Shown here: piece by piece, positions 33,290-42,468 of the stretch
Layout: every line of letters begins with the position of its first letter
Numbering within the stretch: the first letter of the stretch is position 1
Notes under the pieces: generated by a model
Database searches by the model: none
Told to the model about the DNA's origin: nothing
Seen by the model: the letters and a program-made list of their open reading frames with translations, nothing else
Source of the DNA: an uncultured Clostridia bacterium
GTDB taxonomy: Bacteria; Bacillota; Clostridia; TANB77; CAG-508
DNA length: 64,000 nt
Assembly (NCBI GenBank): GCA_944387555.1
Contig: CALXFH010000001.1
Coordinates: 82,849-146,848, forward strand
Direction of reading: 5' to 3'
Made by a program: the position numbers and the translations under genes

Positions 33290-36200
33290 AATTGATTAAA
33301 TAAAAAAATAAATAAAATTAATTAAATTAATTAATAAAAATAAAATAATTATTTTTAATAAAATAAAAAATTAATTAAAAAATAATTATTAATTAAAAAT
33401 AAAAAATAATTAATTTAATAAAATATTAAAATAAATATAAAAAATATTTTTTAAATATTTAAATAATTTAATTAATTAAATATTTAATAAAAATAAAAAT
33501 AATTTTTTATAATAAATATTAATTTTTATTTTTTAATAATTTAGGAATAAATTATTTTAAAAATTTTAAATTATAAAATTATATTTTTAAAAATAAAAAA
33601 ATTATATAAAAATATTTTAAAAAACTTATAAGAATAAAAATAGTTAATAAAATTATAGAAAAAATAATCAATAAAATGTTAGGCATTAAAAGGATTAGAG
33701 AGTTATTAATAAAATATAGAAAAACAAGAAAAAGGTTTACATATAATAATTAATAAAAACAAATCAGATATGGAGATTAGATATATTTTTAATAATTTTA
33801 CTGGTAAAAAATTAAAATTTACTATGATTTAATATTATTAAAAAATAATATTAAATAAAAAATAATTAAACAAATTAAAATATTAATTTAAAAATATTTA
33901 TAGAATAAATTAAAAAAATATTTTAATAAAAAATAAATAAAATTAATTAATAAAAATTATTCAATAAAATAAAAAATAAAATTAATCATTACTAATTAAT
34001 AAAAAATAATTAATTAATAATAAAAAAATAAATAATTAAATAAATAAAATAATGAAATAAATGAAAATAATTTAATTAAATAAAAAATAAATATTAAAAT
34101 AATTAAATAATTAATTTATTTAAAATAATTATTAAAAATAAAAAATTAAATTATAAAAAAATAAAATAAATTTTTTCTAATAATTTTATTAATAAAATAG
34201 AAATTTAAAATATAAAAAAATGTTTTACCAGATATAAATGTTTTTAATTAAAATAAAAGTTCACAAAAAAGACAATAGCATAAAAGAATAATAAAAAATA
34301 TTTATGAAATTGGTAAAAAATAATTAATAAAAAACTAGGCATTAAAAGAATTGAACGATTATTAATAAGCCACTGAATAATAAACAAAAAAGTTTACATA
34401 TAACATATTATAAATATTATTTTTCTTGGATTATTAATCAGTGTTTTCAAGAATTTTCTTAAATACTAAAATTAAATTCATTTTATTTTTATAAAAATAA
34501 ATTAAAATAAATAATATAAAAAATTAATTTTATAAAATTAATAAAAAATATTTAATTTAAAAATAAATAAAATTAATTAATAAAAAAATTATTTAATTAA
34601 ATTAAATAATAATAAAAAATAATAATTTAAAAATAAATAAATTAATTAAATAAATAAAAAAATATTTTAATAATTAAAATATTAATTAATTTAAATTAAT
34701 AAAAAACAATTATTAATTAAAAAATAAAAATAGTTAATTAAATAAAAAATTAAAAAATAAATATAAAAAATATTTAAATAATTAATTAATATAAAATAAT
34801 AAAAATTAATTTTAAAAAATATATTTTAAATTATAAACTAAAGAACCAAAAATTATAGAGGAAAAATTATAGTTACTTTTCTGTTAATCTTAAAAAGCAT
34901 ACATAAGGATAAAAAATATAAAATAGAAAGCAAAATATAGTAAAAATAATTAATGAATTACTAGGCATAAAAGGGATAGACAAGCTAGATTTTAAATAAA
35001 TAAAATAGAAGAAAATAGTTTACATATTTTTGTTAAATTAAATTTGATTTTATCTAATTATTTAAAATAATTTAAAAAATTGTTGTTATAAAAAAGAAGT
35101 TTATTATAATTTTTTATCAAATATTAAAATAGAAAATAGAAATTATAAAAAATTAATTTAAAATATTTTTTAAAAATAAAAAATATTTAATAAATAAAAT
35201 TAATTAATAAAAAGTTATTTAATAAAATAAAAAATAAATAAAAATAATAAAATAATTATTTAAAAACAAATAATTTAAAATTTAATTAAATATAAAATAA
35301 TTATTAATTAAAAATAAAATTAATTTAAAAAATATTAAAATAAATATAAAAAAGATTTTTTTAAATATTTATATAATTTAATTAATTATTTATAAAAATA
35401 AAAATAATTTTTTATAACAAATATAATTTTTGATTTTGAATAATAAGAAGAAATTATATTAAAAAAAATAATATAAAAGGATTTTATAATGACTATCATA
35501 ATAAAATAGTTAATAAAAGCATAAAAAATAATTAATAAAATGTTAGGCATTAAAAGGATTGCACGATTAATAACAGAGAAAGAAAAAACAACAAAAATAG
35601 TTTACATATAACGAATGATTTAAATTATTTTTATTTAATAAAAGAGTCTGATTTAAAAAAATTATTAAAACAAAGATTAAGTTTATTATTATTTTTTATA
35701 ATAAAAAATTTAAAAATATAAAAAAGAAAATATTAAAAATTAATTTTAAAACATTTTTTAAAATTAAATAAAAAATATGTTAATAAAAAAATAAATAAAA
35801 TTAGTTAATAAAAAATTTATTTAATTAAATTAAAAAAATAATAAAAAATAATTAAATAATTAAAAATATAAATAATAAAAAAATAATAATTAAAAAATAA
35901 TTTTAATTAAATAAAAAAATATTTAATTAATTAAAATAAAAAATAAATATTTAAAATATTAATTTAAAATAATTTTATTATAAAAAATAAAATAAAATTA
36001 AAAAAATTATTTTTATAGCAATAATATTTTTGATAATAAAAAATAAAAAAGGTAGTATTGAAATTTTTCTAATTTAAAGAATAGTTTAAATTAATAAAAA
36101 AATATAATAAAAACAAAATAATTTGTGAAAATGTTAAAAAAATAAATTTTAAAAAGTTAGGCATTAAAGGGATTGCAAGATTAATAATAGATTAGAAGAA

Positions 36201-36850
36201 GACAAGAAAAATAGTTTACATATAATGAATAATTGAAATTACTTTTATTTAATCTAGAGAACTTATTTTAAAAATATTATTAAAATAAAAATAAAATTTG
36301 TATAGTTTTCATTCTAATAATTTAGAAAAAAGAATATTAAAAAATAAAAAATTAATTTAAATTTATTAAAAAAATAGAATAATAAAAAATAAAATTAATT
36401 ATTTAAATAAATAAAAAATATTTAATAAAAAATAAATTAATTATTTAAATAAATAAAAAATAATTAATAAAAAAATAAATTAATTATTTAAATAAATAAA
36501 AATAATAAAATTAATTATTTAATAAATAAAAAGAATTAATAAAAATAAATTAGTTGTTTTTAATAAATAAAAAATAAAATTTTTTAAAATTTGTTTTTAA
36601 ATCTAAATTTGATTTTTAAGTAAAGCATAAAGATTTAAAATCTGAAATTAAAATCTAAAAAATATTCCAGAGAATTAATTAAATATTAAATAGAAAGATA
36701 ATATTTTTTAAAAAATTGTTATTTATATTTAATTTAAATATACGCAAATAAGCATTTTTAAAAATATGAACGAGTAAAAAGAATAAAAGAAAACAGTTAA
36801 CATATAAAAGAAAACGTTAACTATATTAAAGAAGTATTTTTAAAAGATTC
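33033..36850. repeat. Satellite-like tandem array of ~7 units with a 580-660-bp period. Each unit has a conserved ~70-bp core, (T)TAGGCATTAAAAGG-N45-AGTTTACATATAA
   Basis: Core copies at 33033-33102, 33679-33746, 34336-34403, 34962-35027, 35543-35611, 36157-36225, and a degenerate copy at ~36770-36830. The spacings are 646, 657, 626, 581, 614 and ~610 bp. Confidence 0.8.
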
Positions 36851-37066
36851 TACAAAAATTATAAACTAAAAAGAATATAAAAAATTATTTATTATTTTAT
36901 AAAAAGAAAATTATAAAATTAATTTATTTAATTTTATAAATAAATAATTATTTTAATTAATAATTAGAAAAATAAATTATTTTATTTTAAATAAAATAAT
37001 TAAAATTAAAATAATTAAAAATAAAAAATAATTAAATAAAAATAGAAAAAGAAAGGATGAAAAAAT

Positions 37067-37792
37067 ATGGAAATGGAAAATTTAGAAAAAAATAATAATT
37101 TAGAAATAGAAAACAATTTAGAGGTGGAAAATGAACAAAAAGGATTCTTAGAATCTACTTTAGGAAAAACAATTAATGCAGCAGTGGATATTGGTATTAG
37201 AGCTTTATTACCTGACTTTATAGATGAACAAGTAATTAATATAAAGGATAATTTATTAGAGTATGGACTAAAAGATGGAATAACAAAAACTATTGATGAT
37301 GCTATCGATTTAGGAAAAAGTGCTATAGGTATTTTTAAAGGAGACTTTGAAAATGTATCTCAAATGCAAAGTGCAGTTCAAAATGGAGGTTTAATTGATG
37401 GAGTTTCTGATTTATTAGATGTAGTAGTAGATAAAGTAAATGATGCTGGTTTAATTAGTAATAATGTAGCAAAAACAATTAAACAAGGAAAAGACGTTAT
37501 TTTAAGTAATGTAGAAAGTAATATAGAAAATACATTTAGTAAACAATATGAAGCTATAGAAAATGTAGATAATTATATTAGTAGCTGGAAAGAAAGTTTT
37601 GAAAAACAAGATTTTGATGCTATGGAAAAAGAATACCAAAAACTAGAAGAACAAATGCAAGATATTGCACCTATTACTAAAACAATAGAAGAAGCTAAAA
37701 CTATAGAAGTATTACATAACTTAATTAAAAATAATGGACAAGACTTTAATTTAAGTAATGAACAATTAGAATTAGTGGAAAAATTAAAATAA
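37067..37792 (+). CDS. Hypothetical acidic protein
   Basis: ORF with normal composition and an RBS (AAAGGATGA) 7 nt upstream; no family recognised. Confidence 0.4.
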   Translation: MEMENLEKNNNLEIENNLEVENEQKGFLESTLGKTINAAVDIGIRALLPDFIDEQVINIKDNLLEYGLKDGITKTIDDAIDLGKSAIGIFKGDFENVSQMQSAVQNGGLIDGVSDLLDVVVDKVNDAGLISNNVAKTIKQGKDVILSNVESNIENTFSKQYEAIENVDNYISSWKESFEKQDFDAMEKEYQKLEEQMQDIAPITKTIEEAKTIEVLHNLIKNNGQDFNLSNEQLELVEKLK

Positions 37793-37814
37793 AAAAGAAA
37801 GGATATTATAAATT

Positions 37815-38783
37815 ATGGAGAAAAAAATAAATACTAATATTGAAAATAATAAACGAAATGAAAAAGAAATAAATAATAAAAATAATACATATAAAGAGGA
37901 TAATAAAAAGAAATTTAAATTATTAGATCCAAAAAATGATGTTGTATTTCAAATGTTATTTCTTAAAAATAATTTAGCAAAAGGATTATTAGATAATATT
38001 TTAATAGATAAAATAATTTCTGTAAATGTTGATGTAAATAAACAGTTATTAGGAGATAGACCAGAAGATAAAATAGGAATAGTAGATTTAAGAGCAATAA
38101 TAAATAATGAAATAGAATGTGAAGTAGAAATGCAAATGTTTTATTTTAATAATTTTGTTCCGAGATTTTTAGATTATTGGTCTAAAATGTATTCAAGACA
38201 ACTAAAAAAAGGAGATAATTATGACTTATTACATAGAGTTATTTCTATTGCTATTATTAATCAAAATATTCCAGACTTAAAAGGATTACCAGCACATACT
38301 ATATGGAATATAAGAGAATCTAGGAATCATAGAAAAATATTGACAAATAACTTAGAGTTACATATAATAGAAATACAAAAGGCTAAAGAGGAATATAAAC
38401 ATAACAAGGATGATAAATTATTACAATGGATAAAGTTTCTAGAAAACCCAGAAAGCAAGGAGGTAGATAGAATAATGGTAAGTAATAAAGAAATAAAAGA
38501 AGCTAAAAAAGAATTATTTAGCTTAAGCCAAGATGAAGAAAACCAAAGAATAGCAGATTTTAGAGAAAGAGAAATTATGGATAGAAAGGATATCTACGAA
38601 ACAGGAAAGGATGAAGGTAAGGCAGAAGGAATAAAAGAAGGAAGAAAAGAAGGAATAAAAGAAGCAAGAGAAACTTTTATAATAAATTTACTTAAGATTA
38701 AAATGCCAATTGATAAAATAATAGAATTTACAAGTGCAACTAAAGAAGAAATTGAAAAAATAAAGGAAAGTAAAAATCTATAA
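37815..38783 (+). CDS. Rpn-family (YhgA-like) PD-(D/E)XK recombination-promoting nuclease / putative transposase
   Basis: N-terminal DPKNDVVFQMLF...EVEMQ pattern; C-terminal repeat-helix domain ...KEGRKEGIKEARETFIINLLKIKMPIDKIIEFT..EEIEKIKE. Confidence 0.6.
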   Translation: MEKKINTNIENNKRNEKEINNKNNTYKEDNKKKFKLLDPKNDVVFQMLFLKNNLAKGLLDNILIDKIISVNVDVNKQLLGDRPEDKIGIVDLRAIINNEIECEVEMQMFYFNNFVPRFLDYWSKMYSRQLKKGDNYDLLHRVISIAIINQNIPDLKGLPAHTIWNIRESRNHRKILTNNLELHIIEIQKAKEEYKHNKDDKLLQWIKFLENPESKEVDRIMVSNKEIKEAKKELFSLSQDEENQRIADFREREIMDRKDIYETGKDEGKAEGIKEGRKEGIKEARETFIINLLKIKMPIDKIIEFTSATKEEIEKIKESKNL

Positions 38784-38828
38784 AAATATAATGTCTATTA
38801 AAAATAAAAAGCAAGGGGTTATATAATT

Positions 38829-39134
38829 ATGGTAAAAAATCAAAGAATAGAAGAAATTAAAAGAGAATTAATGAATTTAAATCAAAATGAAGAAAATCAA
38901 AGGCTTATAGATTTTAGAGAAAGAGAATTAAGGGATATGATAGATCTTTACGAAACTGGAAAAGATGAAGGAAGGAAAATAGGAATAGCAGAAGCAAGAA
39001 AAGAAGCAAGAAAAACTATAATAACAAATTTACTTAAGATGAAAATACCAATTGATAAAATAATAGAAGTTACAAATGCAAGTAAGGAAGAAATTGAGAA
39101 AATAAAGAAAAGAAATTATAATAAAGAAGTTTAA
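38829..39134 (+). CDS. Tandem partial paralog of the Rpn nuclease, C-terminal domain only
   Basis: LNQNEENQRLIDFRERELRDMIDLYETGKDEGRKIGIAEARKEARKTIITNLLKMKIPIDKIIEVT.ASKEEIEKIKK aligns to the last ~90 aa of 37815..38783. Confidence 0.55.
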   Translation: MVKNQRIEEIKRELMNLNQNEENQRLIDFRERELRDMIDLYETGKDEGRKIGIAEARKEARKTIITNLLKMKIPIDKIIEVTNASKEEIEKIKKRNYNKEV

Positions 39135-39273
39135 TTTTGTTAATATTTAAAACAATTATACATATATTTATATTATCATAAATTATTAATTAATTTAAAA
39201 AAATTTAAGTTATATGAAAAACCAGAGTCCGTTAGGATTCTGGTTTTTATAATAATATATATTTTATATAGAT

Positions 39274-39314
39274 GTGTCCCCAAATGCACATTTTTGAGCA
39301 AAAGGAAACGTCCC
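39274..39314 (-). repeat. GGGAC-element copy A (reverse orientation), immediately 3' of the XRE gene stop
   Basis: Reverse complement reads gggacgtttccttttgctcaaaaatgtgcatttggggacac; compare copies at 44684 and 47707. Confidence 0.7.
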
Positions 39315-39685
39315 TATTTTTTATTTTTTTCATATTCTTTGAAAAATGAATATGATGTAGTTAATATTTTATAATAATAGTCCTTCATTTCTTCAGAACT
39401 TCTATTTAATATTCTATCTATTTTTTGTGAGGTTGAATTTGTTTCTTCATTACCAAATAAAATATAGTCTGTAGATACTCCAGTAAATGCTACTATACGG
39501 CATAATGTTTTTATACTTAATGAACGTTCGCCTCTTTCTATTTGCCCTAAGAATATATCAGATATATCAACTGCTTCTGAAAATACTTCTCTACTCATTT
39601 TCATGTTTTCTCTTGCTTTTCTTATTCTTTCTCCTACTTCTAAATTATTTGGTATCTTTGTATCCATATTATTCCTCCCAAACAT
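39314..39685 (-). CDS. XRE-family helix-turn-helix transcriptional regulator, divergent from the DGR target gene
   Basis: HTH LSREVFSEAVDISDIFLGQIERGERSLSIKTLCRIVAFTGVSTDYIL. Confidence 0.75.
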   Translation of the reverse strand: MFGRNNMDTKIPNNLEVGERIRKARENMKMSREVFSEAVDISDIFLGQIERGERSLSIKTLCRIVAFTGVSTDYILFGNEETNSTSQKIDRILNRSSEEMKDYYYKILTTSYSFFKEYEKNKK

Positions 39686-39780
39686 ATATTTTTATTATAT
39701 ACTAACAGATTTTTAAAACTAATATGCTATTAGTAAATATATAAATTAAGATAAAAGCATAAAAATATTTTAAAAAACTG

Positions 39781-39809
39781 TTGCAAAATAAATATGCTTA
39801 AAGTATAAT
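39781..39809 (+). promoter_or_regulatory. Promoter for the DGR target gene (TTGCAA-17-TATAAT)
   Basis: TTGCAA 39781-39786, 17-nt spacer, TATAAT 39804-39809. Confidence 0.5.
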
Positions 39810-39995
39810 TCTAATATAAGTTATTAGCTATTTTAAAAAATAGTAGCACCTTGAAAAAAACTATATTTTCTTTATTAGATTTTTTGTATATTAAATAATA
39901 TTTTTATTAAAAGGTATACTATTTTTTAGATAGTAAATAATAACAAAAGAATAACAAAAAATATAATTTAGACAAACTAAAGAAGGAGGTTATAT

Positions 39996-41375
39996 ATGTA
40001 TAATTATTCTAAAAATTATAATTTTAATTCTAATAAAGATAAAATAAAAGACAAAATAAAAAAGATAAAAACAAATAATTCTGGTATTACTATTGTTGCT
40101 TTAGTTGTAACTATTATTGTTTTATTAATTTTAGCAGGAATAACAATAGGAGCAATTACTGGAGATAATGGTATTATTAATAAAGCGCAAGAAGCTAAAA
40201 ATGATACCAATTATGCTCAATGGGAAGAAAAGATTGACCAAGCTATCATAGATGCAGAAAGTAAATACAGAAATCCAACTATGATTAATGTAAAAGAAGA
40301 GTTAAGAGATAAAGGCATAATTGAAGATTATGACAAAGTAGATGACAAAACAGGAGCTATAACAACAGTAGATGGTACCATAATAGAAGGTAAGCTTGAT
40401 GATTATATAGAGTTTGGACCAGGTATGGTAGCGGATAAGAATGAAACTTATACAGATGCAAATGGAGACACAGCAACGATACCAAAAGGTTTTGAGATAT
40501 TAGAAGATGCAAGTACAGTAGATGATGGTTTAGTTATTCAAGATGAAAGTGGTAACCAATTTGTATGGATACCAGTAGAAACACCAGTAGCAAGTGCAGA
40601 AGCAGATGGAACAACAAATAAAGCAATGGCAATAAAGAATGGAAATAATTATAGAGGTTTACTTTATGACTTTACTAGTACAGGCTCAACAGTAAAAAGT
40701 GGATGTACAACGACTACAAGTAGTTATAGAGAGCCAGCTTATTTAACAGATTCAAGTTATGCGGATGGGTCTTCATATAATCAAGATGGAGATGGAAATA
40801 AAATAGTAACAGAAGATAGTCTACAACAAGAATATAATAAAATGATGGCAAGCGTTGAACAATATCATGGCTTTTATGTAGGAAGATATGAACTTGGTTT
40901 AGAAGGAACAACGCCAGTAGTAAAAAACGCAAGTACGAATTCAGGTGTTACAACAGCAGATGCAAGTAATTCAAATACTAAGATGTGGTATGGCTTATAT
41001 AGTAAGTGCAAAGAATTTGCACCAGAAGATAGTAATAAATCAGTGGTAAGTAGTATGATATGGGGAAGTCAATATGATGAAATGCTTAATTGGATGCAGG
41101 CAAATGGAGAAGATGTGTCAGCATCAGCTGATAACACTGAAACAATAAGAAATAATTCTACAAAAACAGGAAGTCAAGAAAAAGATTTTATGAAAAATGT
41201 ATATGACCTTTATGGATGTCATTATGAGTGGAAATTAGAGGCCAACATCACGAAAGAACGTGTTTATCGTGGAGGTAATTCTAGCAGTAGCAGCGCTCCT
41301 AGCAGCCGTCGCAGCACCTATTCGAGCAATGCCAGCAGTACCTATTCAGCCCGTCTCACTTTATATATAAAGTAG
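39996..41375 (+). CDS. DGR target (variable) protein. N-terminal pilin-like hydrophobic anchor, beta-rich central region, and a C-terminal FGE-sulfatase/C-type-lectin-fold-like domain ending in the VR
   Basis: N-terminus ..NNSGITIVALVVTIIVLLILAGITIGAITG; C-terminus ..DLYGCHYEWK..ERVYRGGNSSSSSAPSSRRSTYSSNASSTYSARLTLYIK; strong RBS AGAAGGAGG. Confidence 0.8.
   Translation: MYNYSKNYNFNSNKDKIKDKIKKIKTNNSGITIVALVVTIIVLLILAGITIGAITGDNGIINKAQEAKNDTNYAQWEEKIDQAIIDAESKYRNPTMINVKEELRDKGIIEDYDKVDDKTGAITTVDGTIIEGKLDDYIEFGPGMVADKNETYTDANGDTATIPKGFEILEDASTVDDGLVIQDESGNQFVWIPVETPVASAEADGTTNKAMAIKNGNNYRGLLYDFTSTGSTVKSGCTTTTSSYREPAYLTDSSYADGSSYNQDGDGNKIVTEDSLQQEYNKMMASVEQYHGFYVGRYELGLEGTTPVVKNASTNSGVTTADASNSNTKMWYGLYSKCKEFAPEDSNKSVVSSMIWGSQYDEMLNWMQANGEDVSASADNTETIRNNSTKTGSQEKDFMKNVYDLYGCHYEWKLEANITKERVYRGGNSSSSSAPSSRRSTYSSNASSTYSARLTLYIK
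41240..41360 (+). repeat. DGR variable repeat (VR) at the 3' end of the target gene
   Basis: Matches the TR at 43522..43632; over a 93-nt core, 14 of 16 mismatches correspond to adenines in the TR. Confidence 0.8.
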
Positions 41376-41489
41376 TACTGAGACCTGAGTTGTGAGTATT
41401 GGAAATAGTAGAAAATTAAAACATTAAGAGAATTTAATTTTTTAGGTTGTAAAAGAATAAAAACTGTAGTAAAATTTAAGTTAATAGAA

Positions 41490-41580
41490 AGGTAGGTAGG
41501 AAATTCCCTTGCAGGGCGAAGACGCCAAAAGGGGATTTCCTACCGGACTAGTCCGGTAAGACTAGTCCTATTTTTTTGCG
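41490..41580 (+). other. GC-rich nested palindromes downstream of the VR (candidate DGR target-recognition hairpin / terminator)
   Basis: ggtaggaaattccc-[ttgcagggcgaagacgccaaaa]-ggggatttcctacc; ggactagtcc-ggtaa-gactagtcc-tattttttt; gcgaaaaaataggact. Confidence 0.5.
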
Positions 41581-41648
41581 AAAAAATAGGACTAAGAACA
41601 ACGAAAGGTTACATAAAACCTTATAAAAATAGAAAGGTGGGATTTTTT

Positions 41649-42080
41649 ATGAAATTTTTAAAAAGAATAGAAAAAATAAAGTCAGAAAATGAAGATAAAA
41701 TAGTATTAGCAAGATGTGGATTATTTGTAGTGGCAGTAGGAAATGATGCAAGAATATTAAGTAAAGAATTTGGATTAAAGAAAACTTGTATGAAAAGAGG
41801 GGTATGTAAAGTAGGAATACCTGCTAGCTATGCATTAAAATATTTAAAATTAATAGAAGATAAAGGTTATAGTTATTTATTATATGACTATGATAAAAAT
41901 ACAAAAGAAATGATAGAAAAATATAGATATATTGGTACTAATAAAGTAGAAGAAATTAGCATAGATTGTCCTTCTTGTGAAAATTATAAAGAACAAGATG
42001 TTATAGATATCTTTGAATTATTAAGAAGAAAAAAAGAAAAAAATAAAAAAGAAGTAAATGGGGAAAAAGAAAATGAATGA
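41649..42080 (+). CDS. Small protein with a MutS domain I (mismatch-binding domain)-like sequence, located between the DGR target and Avd. The ORF track uses a GTG start at 41637
   Basis: KIVLARCGLFVVAVGNDARILSKEFGL...VCKVGIPASYALKYLKLIEDKGYSYLLYD parallels MutS [25 protein letters not shown]...[29 protein letters not shown]. The Phe is conserved and the Glu is not. AAAGGTGGG lies 8 nt upstream of ATG 41649. Confidence 0.45.
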   Translation: MKFLKRIEKIKSENEDKIVLARCGLFVVAVGNDARILSKEFGLKKTCMKRGVCKVGIPASYALKYLKLIEDKGYSYLLYDYDKNTKEMIEKYRYIGTNKVEEISIDCPSCENYKEQDVIDIFELLRRKKEKNKKEVNGEKENE

Positions 42081-42468
42081 AAAAAGTAGAGAAAATAACA
42101 TAAGAGAAAATGGAAAAAATGAACTAATATTAATACCAAAATATGAAAGATATATGCAGTATATGATAGAAATAATTTTAAAAATGCCAAGAACAGAAAA
42201 ATTTAATATAGGAAATGAATTTAAAACAGTTATGTATAAATGCTTAGAAAATATACTGTATTTAAATAAAATAGAAATATCAAAAAGAATGTATTATTTA
42301 AATTTAATAGATGCAGGTTTAAATATTCAAAGAATAATGCTTAGGATAATGTTAAAAAATAAGTGGATAGATAAAAAGAAATATTTAGTATCAATGGAGT
42401 TGTTATATGAAATAGGAAAAATATTAGGAGGATTAATAAAGTTTTATGCCAAAAACAATAAGAAATAA
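42058..42468 (+). CDS. avd: Avd-like DGR accessory protein (small basic helical protein); the likely start is ATG 42073
   Basis: ~130 aa, basic, predicted all-helical; sits immediately upstream of the RT and overlaps its start. Confidence 0.55.
   Translation: MGKKKMNEKSRENNIRENGKNELILIPKYERYMQYMIEIILKMPRTEKFNIGNEFKTVMYKCLENILYLNKIEISKRMYYLNLIDAGLNIQRIMLRIMLKNKWIDKKKYLVSMELLYEIGKILGGLIKFYAKNNKK

Noticed and set aside
33679-35611. A small ORF beginning ATG-TTAGGCATTAAAAGG (MLGIKRI...) inside the satellite cores
   Set aside because: An ATG is present in only 2-3 of ~11 copies. The frame and stop position are not conserved between copies. There is no RBS.
33033-36850. A CRISPR array was considered for the periodic repeats
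   Set aside because: The period is ~620 bp, not 55-75 bp. The conserved cores are ~70 bp and separated by homologous spacers rather than unique ones. There is no cas gene and no short palindromic direct repeat.
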